Positions 40,028-50,914 of a stretch of DNA of 64,000 bases are shown here, piece by piece. The stretch covers positions 10,204-74,203 of the forward strand of contig JALGVJ010000018.1 of the NCBI GenBank assembly GCA_029838195.1, read 5' to 3'. Source of the DNA: Promethearchaeota archaeon. Lineage in GTDB: Archaea > Asgardarchaeota > Lokiarchaeia > Sigyniarchaeales > SOKP01. The position numbers and the translations under genes are program-made. Within the stretch, counting starts at the first letter, position 1; every line of letters starts with the position of its first letter. The notes under the pieces were generated by a model. It did not search any database. It was not told the origin of the DNA and saw only the letters and a list, made by a program, of their open reading frames with translations.

Positions 40028-41938
40028 ATGTCGTATGAAACTGCTTTACAAAAAATAAAAGAACAAATCATCCAAAGCCTACCTCCAGATATCCAAGTTC
40101 ATAAAATAGAATTTGAAGGGCCTGAAATTGCGGTGTACAGTTCGAATCACGAAACCGAAGAAATGGAAGATAACGCCATTTTAAAAGAACTGGCTAAGAA
40201 AATGAGAAAGCGCATTGTTTTCCGCTGGAACGTAGAGGAGAGAAAAGATCCTGCAGAGACAGAAGTATATATTAGAAACTTGGTGGGTGAGGAAGCTGAA
40301 ATTTCTGCCATTGAATTTGATCACACTCGTGGAGAAGTGATTATTGAAAGTGGGAAGCCGGGAATTGTAATTGGCAAAAAAGGTATAAATTTGAAGGAAA
40401 TAAGAAACAACACGTTTTGGCAACCAAAAACAATAAGGACACCTCCTTTGGAATCTAAAACGATTACTTTAATACGGGGCATGCTTACAAATGAGAGGAA
40501 AACCCAGAGAGATATCCTCTTGAGAATCGGCAAGAGAATCCATCGCCCTATTCTTTTCAAGGATTTAACTATCCGATTAACGACCTTAGGAGGATTTAGA
40601 GAAGTAGGACGATCATGCGTGTTAATGCAAACGAGAGATAGTAGCGTTCTATTAGATGCTGGCTTGAACGTGGGAAACCAAAATGAAAAATTTCCTCATT
40701 TCGAAATACCTGAATTTTCAATAAGAGATTTAGATGCGGTTGTCATTACCCATGCCCATTTGGATCATTGCGGGATGGTACCTTTCCTATATAAATATGG
40801 GTATCGAGGCCCCGTCTATTGCACGCTTCCAACACGCAATTTAGCCACCATGCTTCAACTAGATTTCATTCAAATCTGTGAGAAAGAAGGAATAGTTCCT
40901 CCTTATTCAAAGCGAGACGTGAAAACGACGGTTCTTCATACAATTCCTTTATCATGGGGTAAGGTCACGGACATTGCTCCCGATATTAAACTAACCCTGC
41001 ACAATTCGGGACATATTTTGGGCTCTTCCATGGCACACTTGCACTTTGGCAAGGGAGGGTTCAATTTTGTCTATACGGGAGATTTTAAATATCAAAAAAC
41101 TCGTTTATTAGAAAAAGCCACTGTAAAATTTCCACGCGTTGAAGGCTTACTAATTGAATCGACTTATGGGGGCCCTCAGGATAGAATTCCCAGCAGGCAA
41201 GATTCAGAAAAAGAGTTGCGGCAGATAATTAATTCTACCATAAAAAAAGGCGGAAAAATATTAATTCCCGTGTTAGCTGTTGGACGTGCCCAGGAATTAA
41301 TCATCGTGTTGGAAGAATTCATCTCAAAAGGTATAATTGATAAAATTCCCATCTTCCTGGATGGACTCATCGCAGAAGCCACGGCAATCCATACCGCTCA
41401 TCCTGATTTCTTGAGCAGTGATTTAAGAGAAAAAATATTACACCAAGGGAAAAATCCGTTCTTGAGTGATTTTTTCACGGCCGTCAATACTCATCAAGAA
41501 CGCCAAGATATCCTTTCTGGTGGTCCATGTGTTATCATGGCAACGAGCGGCATGCTCATGGGAGGGCCTTCGGTAGAATACTTGAAAGGCTTAGCAGAAG
41601 ATAAAAATAATGCCTTGATCTTTGTTTCATATCAAGTTGCCGGCACGCTGGGGAACAGAATCCAAAAAGGGTTTAAAGAATTTCAATATGTTGATGAACG
41701 AGGGCGCACGCAGTTAGTAAAATTAAATCTAAAAATATTCACCCTTGAAGGATTTTCCGGTCATTCCTCTCGATCACAAATCTCGCAATTTCTTAGGAGA
41801 ATTCAGCCAAGACCAAGGATAATCCTCACAAATCACGGAGAAGAAAGTAAAACCATTAGCCTTTCCACCATGGTTCATAAAAAATTACGGAAAGCTACAA
41901 AAGCGCCCCGAAATTGTGAAACGATTCTATTGAAATAA
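40028..41938 (+). CDS. fttA: KH-domain beta-CASP ribonuclease aCPSF1 / transcription termination factor FttA
   Basis: IEFEGP, KPGIVIGKKG, GGFREVGRS, THAHLDHCG, ESTYG, GFSGHS and NHGE. Confidence 0.96.
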   Translation: MSYETALQKIKEQIIQSLPPDIQVHKIEFEGPEIAVYSSNHETEEMEDNAILKELAKKMRKRIVFRWNVEERKDPAETEVYIRNLVGEEAEISAIEFDHTRGEVIIESGKPGIVIGKKGINLKEIRNNTFWQPKTIRTPPLESKTITLIRGMLTNERKTQRDILLRIGKRIHRPILFKDLTIRLTTLGGFREVGRSCVLMQTRDSSVLLDAGLNVGNQNEKFPHFEIPEFSIRDLDAVVITHAHLDHCGMVPFLYKYGYRGPVYCTLPTRNLATMLQLDFIQICEKEGIVPPYSKRDVKTTVLHTIPLSWGKVTDIAPDIKLTLHNSGHILGSSMAHLHFGKGGFNFVYTGDFKYQKTRLLEKATVKFPRVEGLLIESTYGGPQDRIPSRQDSEKELRQIINSTIKKGGKILIPVLAVGRAQELIIVLEEFISKGIIDKIPIFLDGLIAEATAIHTAHPDFLSSDLREKILHQGKNPFLSDFFTAVNTHQERQDILSGGPCVIMATSGMLMGGPSVEYLKGLAEDKNNALIFVSYQVAGTLGNRIQKGFKEFQYVDERGRTQLVKLNLKIFTLEGFSGHSSRSQISQFLRRIQPRPRIILTNHGEESKTISLSTMVHKKLRKATKAPRNCETILLK

Positions 41939-42253
41939 TTTGCCATTTTTTTTAAATAGAACATAACGTGAACAGCGGTAAGTTGAGTTAGCCGGAACCA
42001 TTTTTACCTCACTATTTCTAAGCGAATATCTCCTCCTCAAATTCTATTCCGTGAATGGTTTATCTTTTATTTTCAATTCAAGTTCATTAGCGGTTTCATT
42101 AATTGCACGTTGTTGTTATTAGGCTCAATATTTTTTCGAATTTATTATTCGCTCTCAAGGATCCCTACTTTTAACGATCTAATGTGATTAGATATAAGAA
42201 TTTTTTTAATGAAGGTATAATTTAATAAATTAAACTTGGAATAAAGTGGTAAT

Positions 42254-43198
42254 TTGAAGCGATTGATTCTTAAATTAAAAGAGAATTTAACCACGAAAAT
42301 TCGCCATGTCATTCAGTTTATAATGTTTCTCATAATAAATTTTGGTATCATTGAATATATTTTTTCCTTGGATTTAATTGATTACTCCATTTTAATCAAG
42401 ATCTTACCCATTTTAAACTCTCCCCGCAATCATCTTTCCTATGGCGCCGGTTTCTTGGAATATATCTTTTTTTCATTGACAGAGGGCACCTTTCCTTTCT
42501 TCCTCGTGGGCCTTCTCCTGCTAATTTTATTATTCTCGAACCGGTTTTTCTGTGGATGGATTTGTCCCGTAGGAGCGATTCAAGATGCGCTAATAGGGAT
42601 TCCTACAAAAAATAAAAAAAGAGTTTCAAAAGAAACTCAAGAATTTTTAATCAAATTGAAAACATTCATATTAATTCTCTTGACAATCATGACCGTTCCC
42701 TTGGCGTATACGTTCACGACCAATTCAGAATTTTATGAAAATTATCGTGAAAATTTAGGTTATATGGGGGAAAAGCCCTTGGGATATTTCTCCCTCTCAG
42801 AATTTATCTTTTATTTCCTCCCTAACCTCATTCAAGAAATTGTAAAAAAAGCCAATTTTGAACCGCTTTTCAAGGATTTTCTAACCTTTTTTATTTTTGC
42901 TTTCTATATCATCATTATTATCATATCAATTTGGTATCCCCGAGCATACTGTCGCTATTTATGTCCTTTTGGAGCATTTGCCGCCCAAATAGGGAGATAT
43001 TCCTTTTTAAAATTAACACGCAGCCCGGTAAGATGCGTGGGAAGGGCACAATGCGGTAAATGTGAGAAAATCTGCCCAAAACAAGTACGCGTGTTGGATG
43101 AACCTTTTGAATTCTTCACCGGAAAAGGAGAATGCAATCTCTGTATGAAATGCATGGAAGTGTGTGATTATATGGCAATTGAATTAACGTTTGGATGA
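42254..43198 (+). CDS. NapH/MauN-like membrane ferredoxin-type protein
   Basis: FCGWICPVG, YCRYLCPFG and two C-terminal 4Fe-4S motifs. Confidence 0.85.
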   Translation: MKRLILKLKENLTTKIRHVIQFIMFLIINFGIIEYIFSLDLIDYSILIKILPILNSPRNHLSYGAGFLEYIFFSLTEGTFPFFLVGLLLLILLFSNRFFCGWICPVGAIQDALIGIPTKNKKRVSKETQEFLIKLKTFILILLTIMTVPLAYTFTTNSEFYENYRENLGYMGEKPLGYFSLSEFIFYFLPNLIQEIVKKANFEPLFKDFLTFFIFAFYIIIIIISIWYPRAYCRYLCPFGAFAAQIGRYSFLKLTRSPVRCVGRAQCGKCEKICPKQVRVLDEPFEFFTGKGECNLCMKCMEVCDYMAIELTFG

Positions 43199-43292
43199 GT
43201 AAAAGTTAAAGATTTTTCCTCGTATTTCTAAAATCCAAAACGCTTTTTATCAAAATATCACTAAAAATAGAGATGAAAGTTATAAAGAACGG

Positions 43293-44489
43293 TCAGGAAT
43301 TTGAAAGAACCTTGTAGATTTCATTAAAATATTTGTCAGACATGCCGGCGATATAATCTCTTACAATGAGAGTCAATTTATTTGCCTCCTTAAGGGGCTG
43401 ATAATAGGTGGAATATTTTTTATCGTCAATGTATTCCACGTGATCTTTAAAAATAGGAGCCTCATAATCCTCCTCTTCTAACGCTTTCAGGGATTTTTTA
43501 AAAATGAGATCAAATTCTTTCGTGATTTTACTTTTAAACGCCTCATCTTTGCGTAAATAAATGTTTTCATAATTAAAAGCTTTTAATTCCTTTAATGCCT
43601 CAAAAACAGGTTCACTATATCCAATTACATCCTTATCAAGACTAAAATCAATCAGGTCCATGATTAAATTGTTCATAATTTGACGATTCGTGTCTCCTAA
43701 TCTTCTTTTGACCCTCTGTGGAATATCGCTCCTGTCGATATAATTTAAAAGGATGGCATCTTCAACATCTCTCCCGATATAAGCAATGACATCGGCAAAT
43801 CTGACCACGATCCCTTCATATGTCATGGGAATGCGTAAAATTTTATTTTCATTAAAACAATCCTCATATTCCGCAAAATGATCCGCCCATGTCTTATCTC
43901 GATTTAATGGCTTTAAGGTTCGCTCATCTACTTCACCATCATGGCACAAAATTCCATCTAACACTTGTAGAGTTAAATTGAGTCCTTTGGCAGGTTGTTC
44001 TGGAAACCGTTTCTCTAACCTCGCCAACCACCGAATCCCCTGAGCATTATGCTGAAATCTTCCCAGTCCATATTTCCTACTATATGAATCCAAGATGCTC
44101 TCTCCCAAATGAGAAGCAAACGGATGCCCTATATCGTGCCCTAAAGCAATGGCTTCAATAAGATCCGTATTTAATCTAAATATTCTCCCAATTTGACGCG
44201 CCACTCGCGAAACGATTACGACATGAAGAGAACGATGCGTAATATTTGCATTATTTATGCCATAAAAGACCTGTGATTTATCTATATAACGGGCATAAGC
44301 TTTGGAATGAACAATTCGATCCGTATCCCGAAAAAAGGGGGGTCTAATATCCTCATACTCTTTATCTTTTGTCTCTTCGAAATATCGGGTAGCATAAGAA
44401 TCACGAGTTCCTTTTTCCCCAATTTCAGAATCCCGACTTAATCTCCGCTTAAAAAATTCGATTTTTTTTTCATTCACCGTTATCTTCAA
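43293..44489 (-). CDS. dGTP triphosphohydrolase-like HD protein
   Basis: RDTDRIVHS, KSQV, HRSLH, GHDIGHP, HNAQ, ADVIAY and DYIAGMSD. Confidence 0.9.
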   Translation of the reverse strand: MKITVNEKKIEFFKRRLSRDSEIGEKGTRDSYATRYFEETKDKEYEDIRPPFFRDTDRIVHSKAYARYIDKSQVFYGINNANITHRSLHVVIVSRVARQIGRIFRLNTDLIEAIALGHDIGHPFASHLGESILDSYSRKYGLGRFQHNAQGIRWLARLEKRFPEQPAKGLNLTLQVLDGILCHDGEVDERTLKPLNRDKTWADHFAEYEDCFNENKILRIPMTYEGIVVRFADVIAYIGRDVEDAILLNYIDRSDIPQRVKRRLGDTNRQIMNNLIMDLIDFSLDKDVIGYSEPVFEALKELKAFNYENIYLRKDEAFKSKITKEFDLIFKKSLKALEEEDYEAPIFKDHVEYIDDKKYSTYYQPLKEANKLTLIVRDYIAGMSDKYFNEIYKVLSNS

Positions 44490-45136
44490 TCCAGAACTAA
44501 TTTGTTAATGTTTTTCATTAAGTAATAAATTATTATTCTCTAAAAAATCTTAAGCCCCACACATGCGATTAAAATTATCTTATTATATTTTCACGCCTTC
44601 TTTCTGCTTCTGAAGTGTTAAAATATTCTTGATTCTCACATTTATTGAAGTATTACAATGAATTTCTTGAATTTTTTTCTTTAGAAAGGAATCGCATGTT
44701 TTACGAGAAAGAAGCGTCCTCCATCATTAATTATCCATTCCAAATTTTATGCGATTAAGTTAAAGATAACGTTTTTTAACTAAAAATAAAAAATATATTG
44801 GAAATGGAAAACCTTACCCCCATATCTACATAATATACCGTTTTAATAGAAAATTTAAAAAATCATATTTAAAAGGATTACTACTATGGAGAATTTTACA
44901 GAGGTTATTTCAGTTTTACGGGTTTTTTTTCAGTCTTTTCAGTCACGGGGTTTTCCTAAAGGAATTTTTTTTTTTTACAAAAATAAGTTTTTAAAACCGA
45001 ATCCCTCTTTTATAATCTCCATTTAATTGTAATCCTAGCTATATATAGATTCAAAAATTTATAAATTTATCTATAGTGGGAACTAATATATAATGTTCAT
45101 TAAGCATTGATTTTATGAATGATTATTCGAGAAAAA

Positions 45137-45238
45137 TAGCTCAGCCAGGATTCGAACCTGGGTCCCGGGATGTCTCTCTTCTCCAAGATACTGAAGGAGG
45201 TCAGAGTCCCAGATGCTTGGCCACTACACCACTGAGCT
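45137..45238 (-). tRNA. tRNA-Gln(CTG) with a 29-nt canonical intron at 37/38 (45172..45200)
   Basis: Acceptor AGCTCAG/CTGAGCT-A (A1-U72), BHB central helix CTCT/AGAG, T-arm CCAGG-TTCGAAT-CCTGG. Confidence 0.95.
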
Positions 45239-45362
45239 TTCATTAAATACACCAAAATTTACATGTTATTAAGAGTAAACTTCTTAGATCTTATAAATAT
45301 TGAACTAAAAAAAATGTTTACGAGTGAGGTCCCATGGAAGGGTTATTAAATAAGTAGCATTT

Positions 45363-45725
45363 TTAACCCATTCGTTTAATCACGTGGTAGCCAAATCTCG
45401 TTCTGCCGGAGGGTGAGATTTCATTAATATTTAGTTTAATGCTGGAGTTCCAGAATTCGGGTATCATGGCGCCCTTAGGAAATGAGCCAAAATTACCTCC
45501 ATTTTTCTTGCTCGGGCAAGCAGAATATTTTCTTGCCAGTTCAGCGAAATCAGCACCTTCTTTTAATTTGTCATGGATTTCTTGGGCAGACTTGAATTTT
45601 TCAATTAAAATAAGTGAAGCTCTTCTTTTTCCTTTTTTAATGTGGGTTGGATTTTTTTGTCTGGAATCTTTACTCGATGCTTTTTTTTGATATCCTTTTC
45701 CATGTTTATTTTTTTCCATGATCAT
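45363..45725 (-). CDS. parvulin (PpiC-type) peptidyl-prolyl isomerase
   Basis: FAELARKYSACPS, GGNFG, MIPEF and TRFGYHVIK. The first catalytic His is replaced by Leu (RASLIL). Confidence 0.9.
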   Translation of the reverse strand: MIMEKNKHGKGYQKKASSKDSRQKNPTHIKKGKRRASLILIEKFKSAQEIHDKLKEGADFAELARKYSACPSKKNGGNFGSFPKGAMIPEFWNSSIKLNINEISPSGRTRFGYHVIKRMG

Positions 45726-45955
45726 TAAAAAAAGGAGGATATTAAATGAATTTTATGGGCTTAGGACTTTTTTATTTAAAATTTTATGATTTTATTTGAA
45801 CTTGTAAAATTGAGCAACAGAGAATTATGAATCGGCTATATAGTTTATATTTATAATCCAGTTGATGAAGGTTCTTTATTTTAAATTTAATAAAGGATTT
45901 AACACAAGGCATAAAAAAGGATGGAAGATTAGAAAAAGATTCAAGCCAATTTTTT

Positions 45956-46375
45956 TTAATTCACGATAAGATATCTAAAATTCTTCAATTCATTAATACT
46001 ATTTATTTCCACCACTAATTTTCGAAAATCTTGTACCGTTCCTTCAAAAGTCATAAAAATCAGGTTTTCTTTAGAAGAAAAATTTTGAGTCTTGCTTACG
46101 ATTTGATCCTTAAATTCTAATTCAATCTTATTTAATTTTTTATGAACATTGATATCATTATCAACCACCATCATCATGTTTCCGGTGATCCTCTTAGTAA
46201 CGGAAACGAGCTCGCCATACCCTTCCGAGAGAGAATTAGTATTTTCCATCGTGGACATCAACCGCAATAAAGCATCACGGATTATTTTCGATCTATTTTC
46301 ATATTGGTTTTTGGAAATGAGTTTATTCAAGAATTTCTTTAAATTTTCATTAATATTTATACTTATAATGGGCAT
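45956..46375 (-). CDS. ribbon-helix-helix regulator with an ACT-like C-terminal domain (NikR-like)
   Basis: IISINI...YENRSKIIRDAL, with a NikR-like length and layout. Confidence 0.8.
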   Translation of the reverse strand: MPIISININENLKKFLNKLISKNQYENRSKIIRDALLRLMSTMENTNSLSEGYGELVSVTKRITGNMMMVVDNDINVHKKLNKIELEFKDQIVSKTQNFSSKENLIFMTFEGTVQDFRKLVVEINSINELKNFRYLIVN

Positions 46376-46580
46376 GGGGTCTAATCCTCTTGATATTTAT
46401 TTTTTTTTTTTTTTCCGGGGTGGTAGTATTATTATTAGATAATTAATCAACAGAATTATTTATATCTTCTTCTTATTTTTAAAATTTCTAATAATTATTC
46501 ATCAAAATACTTTTTTTTCATTTAAATTTTTTATAGTCCAAAATTTTAAAGAGTTTTTAATTTAACAATGCATAACTTGA

Positions 46581-48941
46581 TTATATTTTAATCGAGCGAG
46601 CTAGGACATCCTTGAATTTTTCCACATCATTCACCAGCTTATCAGCATCCTCATCCGTAATGTTCTCGTCCTTTTCATAGCGGTTTAATTGAGCCAGCCA
46701 AAATTCAATTCTACCCAAGATAGCTTCATTAGCTCCCATAATTTTTCTTAAACGCACGAAAGTATCATGTAGCTTATTCCTAATGTTCTGAGCTTTCCAT
46801 CGCAGCATGCAATAATCGCTTATTTCAGCAAGATTCTGCGTGATCGCCATCACATCAATGGTTTTCTCTCTTTCTTCACTTTTGATTTTTCTGATGATAT
46901 TTATTTCTTCGAACAGAATTTCAATCACTTTAGCGAGGAATCCCGTTAGTTGTCCTGGATTATTACACCATACTCTCACTTCTAATGACTGACTTGCGGC
47001 GGATACATAAATCCTGGTGATTATTCGACCCCCCGTGACTTTTGCCTCCGCACAAAACCATGCTTCAGCTTCATATTCTTTTAGAGCATTACCACCTTCA
47101 TAGGAGGTGACCATGTTCGTTTCAAAGCTTTTCAGAGCGCGAATGCCTGCTCGAAATGCCAAACGAGGATCTAAATCAGCAATCAAAAATGCTCGTGCGT
47201 CATTAGGGAGGGTTTGAATGGCGAGTTGACAATCCTCTATCGTGGAAAGGTCGGTACAGACGAGGGGACATTTAATTTGGACTTCTTTTGGACGAATGGG
47301 AATAGTTCTTTGTTCTCCTTTGGCATTTTTATAAATGACAGTTCCTGAGATGTTAGAGATTCCGCATTCTTTTGGTTCGATGTAGAAGTCGACGCCTCGA
47401 GAATTACCGGCTTCAATCACCGGGATGTTGATTAATGGGTTTTTCAATTTATAGCTAGTGGGAGCATCCAAAATTACTTTTACATTATTAATCGCCATAT
47501 TGCTATGATTTCGCACGACAACTTTAAATCTAACTTGTCCTCCAACAAAATCATAATCTCTGAGTACTTCGATATTTCCTTGATCTTCGTGGGTTACAGG
47601 TTCTTTTTTAATTCTTGCGGCGTCTGGCGTGGATACGCTATAAGCTACAAATAATTTTTTTTCCATGTCTATGTATCCATCAATTTCATTTCGACTGATG
47701 AGTAAGGCTAAATTTTCTTCGATGCTTGATTCGGTGACTCCTAATCGATTTGCTAATTCCCTTAGGGGCATAGTTCTATATGCTTTTGCGATTTCTTTAA
47801 TTTTTCCTTCCATGTATTTTAGTGTCATGAATTCTCTTCGTTGGGTGAAGATTCCTTTAATAATCCCTTCTTTAATTAAATCATGGAGGCTTTTTCGGGC
47901 GAGTTCGATAGCAATTTTCAAATCTTTAGCTAATCGAGCAAGTTCGAACAACCCTTCTTTATTAGCGAAATTTTGAATTTCCTTGGCAATTTGATTAGTG
48001 GTAATTACCTCATTACCCTTGTCAGCAAAAAAGGCATTAATTTCCTTAGTTCTCATTAAATTGACGCAGAACGACTTAATTCTTTCTTGGGGCAATCCAA
48101 AATATGAGGCTAAATCGGAAATTGCTACTCTTCCTTTCTCTTTTATTTCTTTAACAAGATTTTCTAAGATATACCCTTGAGTGTAATAGAAATTCTTATC
48201 TAAAGAAAAGGAGCCTTTAATGTGAAATCTGCTGATCAGTTTATATATTACTTGGATGGCTACTTCTTTACTCGTGTCTAACATTTCCATTAAATCCGAA
48301 ACCTTCATAAGGCCGCTATCATGAAAGATAGTCAAGATCTTTTCTCTTAATTCAGGAGAAATGTAATAGAACATGTTATAACGCTCGTCAATGATTCCAT
48401 AAATTCGCTCTTCTTCCATGAATCGATTAATTATTTTCATAATTTGAGGTAAGGGAATATTAAACACGTCTTTAATAGTAGAGAAATTGGTAATGGGAGA
48501 TCTTTTTAACAAATTTATGAAACAATTGGGACAGATTTCATTCCCCGGCATGTATTTTAATTTTTTTCCACACGATTTCGAACTCCTAATTAATCCATAT
48601 CGTTGAGCCTCACGAGCAAGTTGTTCTTTACGGGGAAAAAACAAGCCGGGGGTTTTTAAATAGGAATTCCAACCGCATTTAGGATTGATACATTTTAAAT
48701 AATATTGTCCTGAGGTAAGTTTTTCTAACATTAAAAGTGCGCTACACTCCGGACATTTACTTTCTTCAATTACGGAGCATCGAAAATTTTTTTCCGTAGC
48801 GCTGGCTTTTGAATAATATAGATCATGTTTTTTACAATACCATTGCTCTGTACTGACTGAGTGATTGATGCAAAATGAAGATCCACATTTCTCACAGGTG
48901 AAATCAATATTTTGAGAGTCACAGAACGAACATTTTGGCAC
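46581..48941 (-). CDS. multidomain protein: AN1-like Zn finger, Zn ribbon, winged-helix/PCI repeats, and Ig-like plus platform (appendage-like) domains
   Basis: CxxC-CxxC-CxxH N-terminus, about 4-5 repeats of 60 aa (G-x-x-x-x-x-x-L-A...I-x-G), IDGYID PCI-like end, beta-rich C-terminus. GGAGG lies before the GTG start. Confidence 0.7.
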   Translation of the reverse strand: MPKCSFCDSQNIDFTCEKCGSSFCINHSVSTEQWYCKKHDLYYSKASATEKNFRCSVIEESKCPECSALLMLEKLTSGQYYLKCINPKCGWNSYLKTPGLFFPRKEQLAREAQRYGLIRSSKSCGKKLKYMPGNEICPNCFINLLKRSPITNFSTIKDVFNIPLPQIMKIINRFMEEERIYGIIDERYNMFYYISPELREKILTIFHDSGLMKVSDLMEMLDTSKEVAIQVIYKLISRFHIKGSFSLDKNFYYTQGYILENLVKEIKEKGRVAISDLASYFGLPQERIKSFCVNLMRTKEINAFFADKGNEVITTNQIAKEIQNFANKEGLFELARLAKDLKIAIELARKSLHDLIKEGIIKGIFTQRREFMTLKYMEGKIKEIAKAYRTMPLRELANRLGVTESSIEENLALLISRNEIDGYIDMEKKLFVAYSVSTPDAARIKKEPVTHEDQGNIEVLRDYDFVGGQVRFKVVVRNHSNMAINNVKVILDAPTSYKLKNPLINIPVIEAGNSRGVDFYIEPKECGISNISGTVIYKNAKGEQRTIPIRPKEVQIKCPLVCTDLSTIEDCQLAIQTLPNDARAFLIADLDPRLAFRAGIRALKSFETNMVTSYEGGNALKEYEAEAWFCAEAKVTGGRIITRIYVSAASQSLEVRVWCNNPGQLTGFLAKVIEILFEEINIIRKIKSEEREKTIDVMAITQNLAEISDYCMLRWKAQNIRNKLHDTFVRLRKIMGANEAILGRIEFWLAQLNRYEKDENITDEDADKLVNDVEKFKDVLARSIKI

Positions 48942-49422
48942 GGTGATACCTCCAATTTATTTTCATGCTTTTTTTCTATTATAATAATAAAAATTCTAAT
49001 TCATATATTTTTTTATTGTAGTCCAATTTTTTTATTTTAATAATCGAAAAGTGGGGAAAAAAGAAAAATAAGACTTGATCTCATTTCTTACCCCGCAAGA
49101 TTTCGAGTCTCATAATTCTTTATTTCATTTTTTAATGAACTTTATGTAGAGATTTGATTGGAAAAAAAAAATTCCATTATCCAATAATATCTATCTTATC
49201 CAAATAGATTATTAAATATTAATTTACTTGTAAGTTTTTATTAATCTCATTGATTAATTAAATAATTAGAAGATTAAGCGATTTCCCAATTAAGCCACGG
49301 GAAAAGAAAAAAACTGAAAATTAAATCTATTTCGATATTATAATTTTAAAGATGTCTTTTGTTAAATTTTAATTCAATCCCATGATAAGGAAAATTTATT
49401 ATGAATACCGGGAAAGACCTAA

Positions 49423-50127
49423 TCAATATGGAAAGATATTAATTCGCAAGAAACTAAGGATCATGATAATTGTATTGAAGACAATGATGATGATTAACAT
49501 GGCAACGAAGATCTTGGTTCTTCTCGAATCTCTGGTTTTTATGATATATTGAGTACTCTGTTTAGCCAAGGCTAAAGGAAATATTCCTACCACGGTTCCC
49601 AAGGCAAAATAAAACACGGATAAAACACCTTCCACGTATCCATAACTAAGACTTAAAGTCAAGCATTGGGAATAGATGAATAATTCAAAAATGCAAGGTG
49701 GAAATCCTGCTAAAATTCCCACGAAAAGAGGAGTTCGGAGTTTTTCCCAATTTAAGTTTTGAATCAGTTTTATCTCCTTCGATCTGGAATGCGGCATATA
49801 ATTTATATTGGTTAATAAAAACAAGAGAAAAATAGCAGCAAACGTTGAAGATAAAGCACCAAAGAAAATGATTGCGTGAGTATCAAACATGGATTCAGGA
49901 AAGATAATTCTGGGGATTATACTAATCAAAACTGTAGCGAACGCAATGGATAAATTTGCAATGATTAATCCCATTCCATAAAGGACTAAAATTAATAAAC
50001 TTTTTTTAGGCGTTTTAGAAATTCCTAAAGACCAAAAGAGCAAGATTGCTTTATCTTCACATGGAATGAAGGTATGGAGAATTCCAAGAAAGAATGCGGG
50101 GAGAAAAATAATAAAATATTCTTGCAT
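49423..50127 (-). CDS. LysE-superfamily membrane protein (DsbD_2/UreH/NicO-like)
   Basis: GILHTFIPC, GFPPC and FALGT, with about 6 TM segments. Confidence 0.65.
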   Translation of the reverse strand: MQEYFIIFLPAFFLGILHTFIPCEDKAILLFWSLGISKTPKKSLLILVLYGMGLIIANLSIAFATVLISIIPRIIFPESMFDTHAIIFFGALSSTFAAIFLLFLLTNINYMPHSRSKEIKLIQNLNWEKLRTPLFVGILAGFPPCIFELFIYSQCLTLSLSYGYVEGVLSVFYFALGTVVGIFPLALAKQSTQYIIKTRDSRRTKIFVAMLIIIIVFNTIIMILSFLRINIFPY

Positions 50128-50200
50128 GAGTGCCTCGCCAGATATTTACGATTTTAAAATGAAACCTTTCTTACTATTAATATAAATGAATTTAATTAAT

Positions 50201-50914
50201 TTAGTATTTTTGAAATACAGAAAATGGTATTTTTTTCTCATAAAAAGCTTTTCCAATAATTACAGCAGAAACCCCTAATTGTTTTAGCATTTCGATATCC
50301 TTTTCATTTCTAATCCCCCCTGCAACAATTAAGGGAATTTGTATGGATTGTAACATTTTCTTTATGCTTGGCACGTCTGGCCCCGTTAAAGCACCATCCG
50401 ATTCTACAGACGAAAAAAGAATGAACCCAGCCCCCTTTTTAGCTACATTTTTCCCAAACTCAAACGGATTTATACTGGTTTCTTCCGTCCATCCTTGAAC
50501 CTGTATTTTTTCTTTCTTATAATCTAAAGCAATAATTAACCGATCTGATCCAATCATGCGTGCTAACTCCTCAATTACTTGAGGTCGTTTTACGGCTAAT
50601 GTTCCAATAATGATTCGATCTGCTCCTAAATTAATCAATTCTGTAGCTGTTTTTATATTTCTAATTCCTCCCCCTACTTGAATCCTTGTCATGCTTGCTC
50701 CTGTTTTGATTAAATCTTTTAGGAGATTTTTATTAATATCAGTACCCCAAGCTCCATCTAAATCCACGATATGAATTCGTTTTGCCCCTTTCTTTATCCA
50801 AAACATCAGAGCATCCAAAGGATTTTTAAAGTAAATTGTTTCCGTTCCCTTTTTGCCTTTAAATAATCTCACGCATTTTCCATTACTAATATCTATGGCC
50901 GGAATAATTTCCAT
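50201..50914 (-). CDS. hisA: ProFAR isomerase
   Basis: IPAIDI, VRLFKG, HIVDLDGA, QVGGGIR and AGGI. Confidence 0.95.
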   Translation of the reverse strand: MEIIPAIDISNGKCVRLFKGKKGTETIYFKNPLDALMFWIKKGAKRIHIVDLDGAWGTDINKNLLKDLIKTGASMTRIQVGGGIRNIKTATELINLGADRIIIGTLAVKRPQVIEELARMIGSDRLIIALDYKKEKIQVQGWTEETSINPFEFGKNVAKKGAGFILFSSVESDGALTGPDVPSIKKMLQSIQIPLIVAGGIRNEKDIEMLKQLGVSAVIIGKAFYEKKIPFSVFQKY

